Assembly (NCBI GenBank): GCA_029007645.1
Contig: JAQXIE010000034.1
Coordinates: 10,124 to 74,123, forward strand
Length of the DNA: 64,000 nucleotides
From: Bacteroidales bacterium
GTDB lineage: Bacteria; Bacteroidota; Bacteroidia; Bacteroidales; Muribaculaceae
Direction: 5' to 3'
Of this stretch, positions 61,655 to 64,000 are shown piece after piece. Every line of letters starts with the position of its first letter. Within the stretch, counting starts at the first letter, position 1. The notes beneath the pieces were generated by a model, which had not been told where the DNA came from, made no database searches, and saw only the letters and a program-made list of their open reading frames with translations. The position numbers were made by a program, and so were the translations under genes.

Positions 61655-61746
61655 CAAACGGGAAAACAACAGGCATTACCAAGCACCTGCTGAATGCCGA
61701 ATATAAATATAATTTATCGAAACAGTCGTTCCAAAAAATAGATAAA

Positions 61747-63951
61747 ATGATTCAGCTTGTAGAGAAAAGAGACGGCCGGGTGGTCGGGTACAACGAAGAG
61801 AAAATCAAAGCGGCTATCCGCAAAGCCATGCTCACCACCGAAAGCGGCGAGGACGAGGCTCTGATACAGAAAATCGCCGACCGTATAGGCATGACCGGTT
61901 CCGAGCGGATGACCGTGGAGGAAATTCAGGACCGTGTCGAGATCGAGCTGATGAAATCCTCGCGCAAGGATGTTGCCAAGAAGTATATCGCCTACCGTGA
62001 CCAGCGCTCCATAGCTCGAAAAGCTCATACGCGCAATCTGTTTTTGGAAATCATAGAGGCAAAGAACAATGACGTGACTCGCGAAAATGCGAACATGAAC
62101 ACTGATTCTCCGGCCGGCATGATGATGAAATTTGCCTCGGAATCAACCAAGCCGTTTGTTGACGACTATCTCCTTTCGGCAGATGTCAGGGCAGCGGTCA
62201 AGGGGAATCTGATCCATATTCATGACAAGGATTATTACCCCACTAAAAGTCTAACGTGCGTGCAGCACCCGCTGGACCGCATTCTGCACCGCGGTTTTGT
62301 GGTGGGACACGGCGAGTCGCGTCCGGCCAAAAGAATAGAGACCGCAAGCGTGCTCGCCTGCATCTCGTTGGAGACAGCTCAGAACGAGATGCACGGTGGC
62401 CAGGCTATTCCGGCCTTCGACTTCTATCTGGCTCCTTTTGTACGCAGCTCGTACATTGAAGAAATGAAGACTCTTGAGAATCTGACGGGACAGAACCTGG
62501 AACATCTGTACAACGCCGAAATCGAGGATTATCTCAAAAAAGACCTTGATGTCCTCGATGGAGACGCACGCTTGGTGCAGCATGCCGTCAACAGGACGGT
62601 CGAACGTGTGCATCAGAGCATGGAAGCGTTCATCCACAACATGAACACCATTCATTCGCGCGGTGGAAATCAGGTGGTCTTCTCTTCCATCAACTATGGT
62701 ACGGATACTTCGGCCGAAGGACGTTGCGTGATTCGCGAGCTCCTTATTTCCACTTATGAAGGAGTAGGTCATGGCTCCACAGCCATTTTCCCCATTCAGA
62801 TATGGAAGAAAAAACGAGGCGTGTCCTATCTGCCCGAGGACAGGAATTACGACCTTTATCGGCTGGCTTGCAAAGTGTCGGCCCGCCGCTTCTTCCCCAA
62901 CTTCCTGAACCTTGACGCCACCTTCAATCAGGATGAAGCATGGGATGCCAATGATCCGCGGCGATATGAGCACGAGGTAGCCACGATGGGTTGCCGCACA
63001 AGGGTATACGAAAACCGATTCGGTCCCAAGACGAGCATCGGACGAGGCAATCTCTCGTTTACGACTATCAACATTGTGCGTATTGCGCTGGAGCAGCGGA
63101 ATATACTTGACCCCAAGGAAAGGGTAGAACGCTTTTTCCAACGGCTCGACGAGGTGCTCGACCTCACGGCTCGTCAGCTCGACGAGCGCTTCCAGTTCCA
63201 GCGCACCGCATTGGCTAAGCAGTTCCCGCTGCTCATGACCGTACTTTGGAACGGCACAGAGAATCTGAAGCCCAACGACACCATCGAGAGCGTGATCAAC
63301 CAAGGTACGCTCGGAATCGGGTTCATCGGCCTCGCCGAGTGCCTGATTGCCCTCATCGGCAAGCACCATGGCGAAAGCGAAGAGGCGCAGGAACTCGGTC
63401 TGAAAATAATCAGGCATATGCGCAGCCGCGTCAATGAGTTCTCCGAAAAGTATCAGCACAATTATTCGGTGCTCGCCACACCGGCCGAAGGATTGTCAGG
63501 ACGATTCACTAAACGCGACCGCAAGACTTTCGGCGTCATCGAAGGCGTTACCGACAAGGACTACTACACAAATTCCAACCATGTGCCGGTATACTATCAC
63601 TGCTCACCTCGCCATAAAGCCAAGATCGAGGGTCCATACCACGAGCTGACGGGCGGAGGACATATCTTCTATGTCGAAATCGACGGCGACGCCACTCATA
63701 ACGAGGAGTGCATCATGCAGATCGTAGACCTAATGGACAAATACAACATGGGATACGGTTCGGTGAACCACAACCGCAATCACTGTCCGTCATGCGGATA
63801 CGAAAACGCTGACAAAAATCAGTCGCATTGCCCAAAATGCGGAGAGAAATTCGAAACCATCCAGCGTATCACCGGATATCTTGTGGGAACAACCGACAGA
63901 TGGAACTCCGGCAAGCTGGCCGAACTTCACGATCGCGTAGTGCACAAATGA
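61747..63951 (+). CDS. nrdD: Anaerobic ribonucleoside-triphosphate reductase
   Basis: 734 aa with an ATP-cone N-terminus, a C-terminal Zn ribbon (CPSCGYENADKNQSHCPKCG) and the glycyl-radical motif RITGYLVG. Confidence 0.95.
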   Translation: MIQLVEKRDGRVVGYNEEKIKAAIRKAMLTTESGEDEALIQKIADRIGMTGSERMTVEEIQDRVEIELMKSSRKDVAKKYIAYRDQRSIARKAHTRNLFLEIIEAKNNDVTRENANMNTDSPAGMMMKFASESTKPFVDDYLLSADVRAAVKGNLIHIHDKDYYPTKSLTCVQHPLDRILHRGFVVGHGESRPAKRIETASVLACISLETAQNEMHGGQAIPAFDFYLAPFVRSSYIEEMKTLENLTGQNLEHLYNAEIEDYLKKDLDVLDGDARLVQHAVNRTVERVHQSMEAFIHNMNTIHSRGGNQVVFSSINYGTDTSAEGRCVIRELLISTYEGVGHGSTAIFPIQIWKKKRGVSYLPEDRNYDLYRLACKVSARRFFPNFLNLDATFNQDEAWDANDPRRYEHEVATMGCRTRVYENRFGPKTSIGRGNLSFTTINIVRIALEQRNILDPKERVERFFQRLDEVLDLTARQLDERFQFQRTALAKQFPLLMTVLWNGTENLKPNDTIESVINQGTLGIGFIGLAECLIALIGKHHGESEEAQELGLKIIRHMRSRVNEFSEKYQHNYSVLATPAEGLSGRFTKRDRKTFGVIEGVTDKDYYTNSNHVPVYYHCSPRHKAKIEGPYHELTGGGHIFYVEIDGDATHNEECIMQIVDLMDKYNMGYGSVNHNRNHCPSCGYENADKNQSHCPKCGEKFETIQRITGYLVGTTDRWNSGKLAELHDRVVHK

Positions 63952-63961
63952 ATTGAACAGT

Positions 63962-64000
63962 ATGCGCGTACTTGACATAATGCGCGGCACGACAGTCGAC
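63962..64000 (+). CDS. nrdG: Anaerobic RNR activating protein, 5' fragment cut by the window edge
   Basis: MRVLDIMRGTTVD... is the typical NrdG N-terminus, 10 nt after the nrdD stop. Confidence 0.7.
   Translation, partial: MRVLDIMRGTTVD

Noticed and set aside
61274-61746. Cobalamin riboswitch or NrdR boxes upstream of nrdD.
   Set aside because: I could not find a B12-box-like GCCACTG core or the GC-rich paired regions. The predicted 5' UTR (about 90 nt) is too short, and no acaCwAtATaTwGtgt-type palindrome pair is visible. An Rfam/Infernal scan would settle it.
62251-63459. 402-aa ORF antisense to nrdD.
   Set aside because: Same reasoning as above. nrdD on the + strand carries an ATP-cone, a Zn ribbon and a glycyl-radical motif. 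The antisense product has no recognisable features.
1-64000. CRISPR arrays, IS elements, integrases, prophage or defence islands, and tRNA/rRNA genes.
   Set aside because: No regularly spaced direct repeats were seen. No transposase, integrase or recombinase-like ORFs are present. There are no cloverleaf-capable GC-rich intergenic segments, and no clusters of nuclease, ATPase or effector genes. Intergenic regions are short apart from the nrdD and GH3 upstream regions.

Overview
This window reads as a dense, mostly housekeeping chromosomal segment of a Bacteroidota (Bacteroidales-type) genome with mid-range GC. Three things support that placement. TAnnTTTG -7 promoter boxes recur in front of operons and Shine-Dalgarno sequences are absent. 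A T9SS C-terminal sorting domain and DUF4835/DUF5606/DUF4886-type genes are present. Gene order is typical of the group: coaBC-DUF4835-recN, nusB-yajC-ybbR-coaE, leuA-C-D-cimA-B and pheA-aminotransferase-DAHPS/CM-tyrA.

I support about 56 protein-coding genes:
- Replication and repair: dnaN, an epsilon-like exonuclease, recN, dnaE.
- CoA synthesis: coaBC, coaE.
- Chaperone and protease: htpG, lon.
- Amino-acid operons for leucine and the aromatic amino acids.
- Potassium uptake (trkAH) and anaerobic ribonucleotide reductase (nrdD, with nrdG truncated at the right edge).
- A GH3 beta-glucosidase, POT and MFS transporters, a large outer-membrane beta-barrel, an SPFH/NfeD pair and thioredoxin.
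- A two-module ABC operon with an embedded YtrA-type regulator.

I found no rRNA, tRNA, CRISPR array, transposase, integrase or phage genes, and no convincing novel multi-gene system or defence island.

The items most worth a second look are modest:
1. A low-GC orphan T9SS-sorted protein (51525-53075).
2. A 470-bp AT-rich region upstream of nrdD carrying four exact TTCCAAAA copies.
3. The ABC/6-TM/YtrA/NatAB operon with a hairpin or operator at its promoter.
4. A multi-frame decayed gene between the POT transporter and GH3.
5. A NusB homologue with a roughly 300-aa insertion.
6. A small HExxH protein translationally coupled to a metallophosphoesterase.

All functional calls come from motif and family recognition by eye. 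No database search was run.
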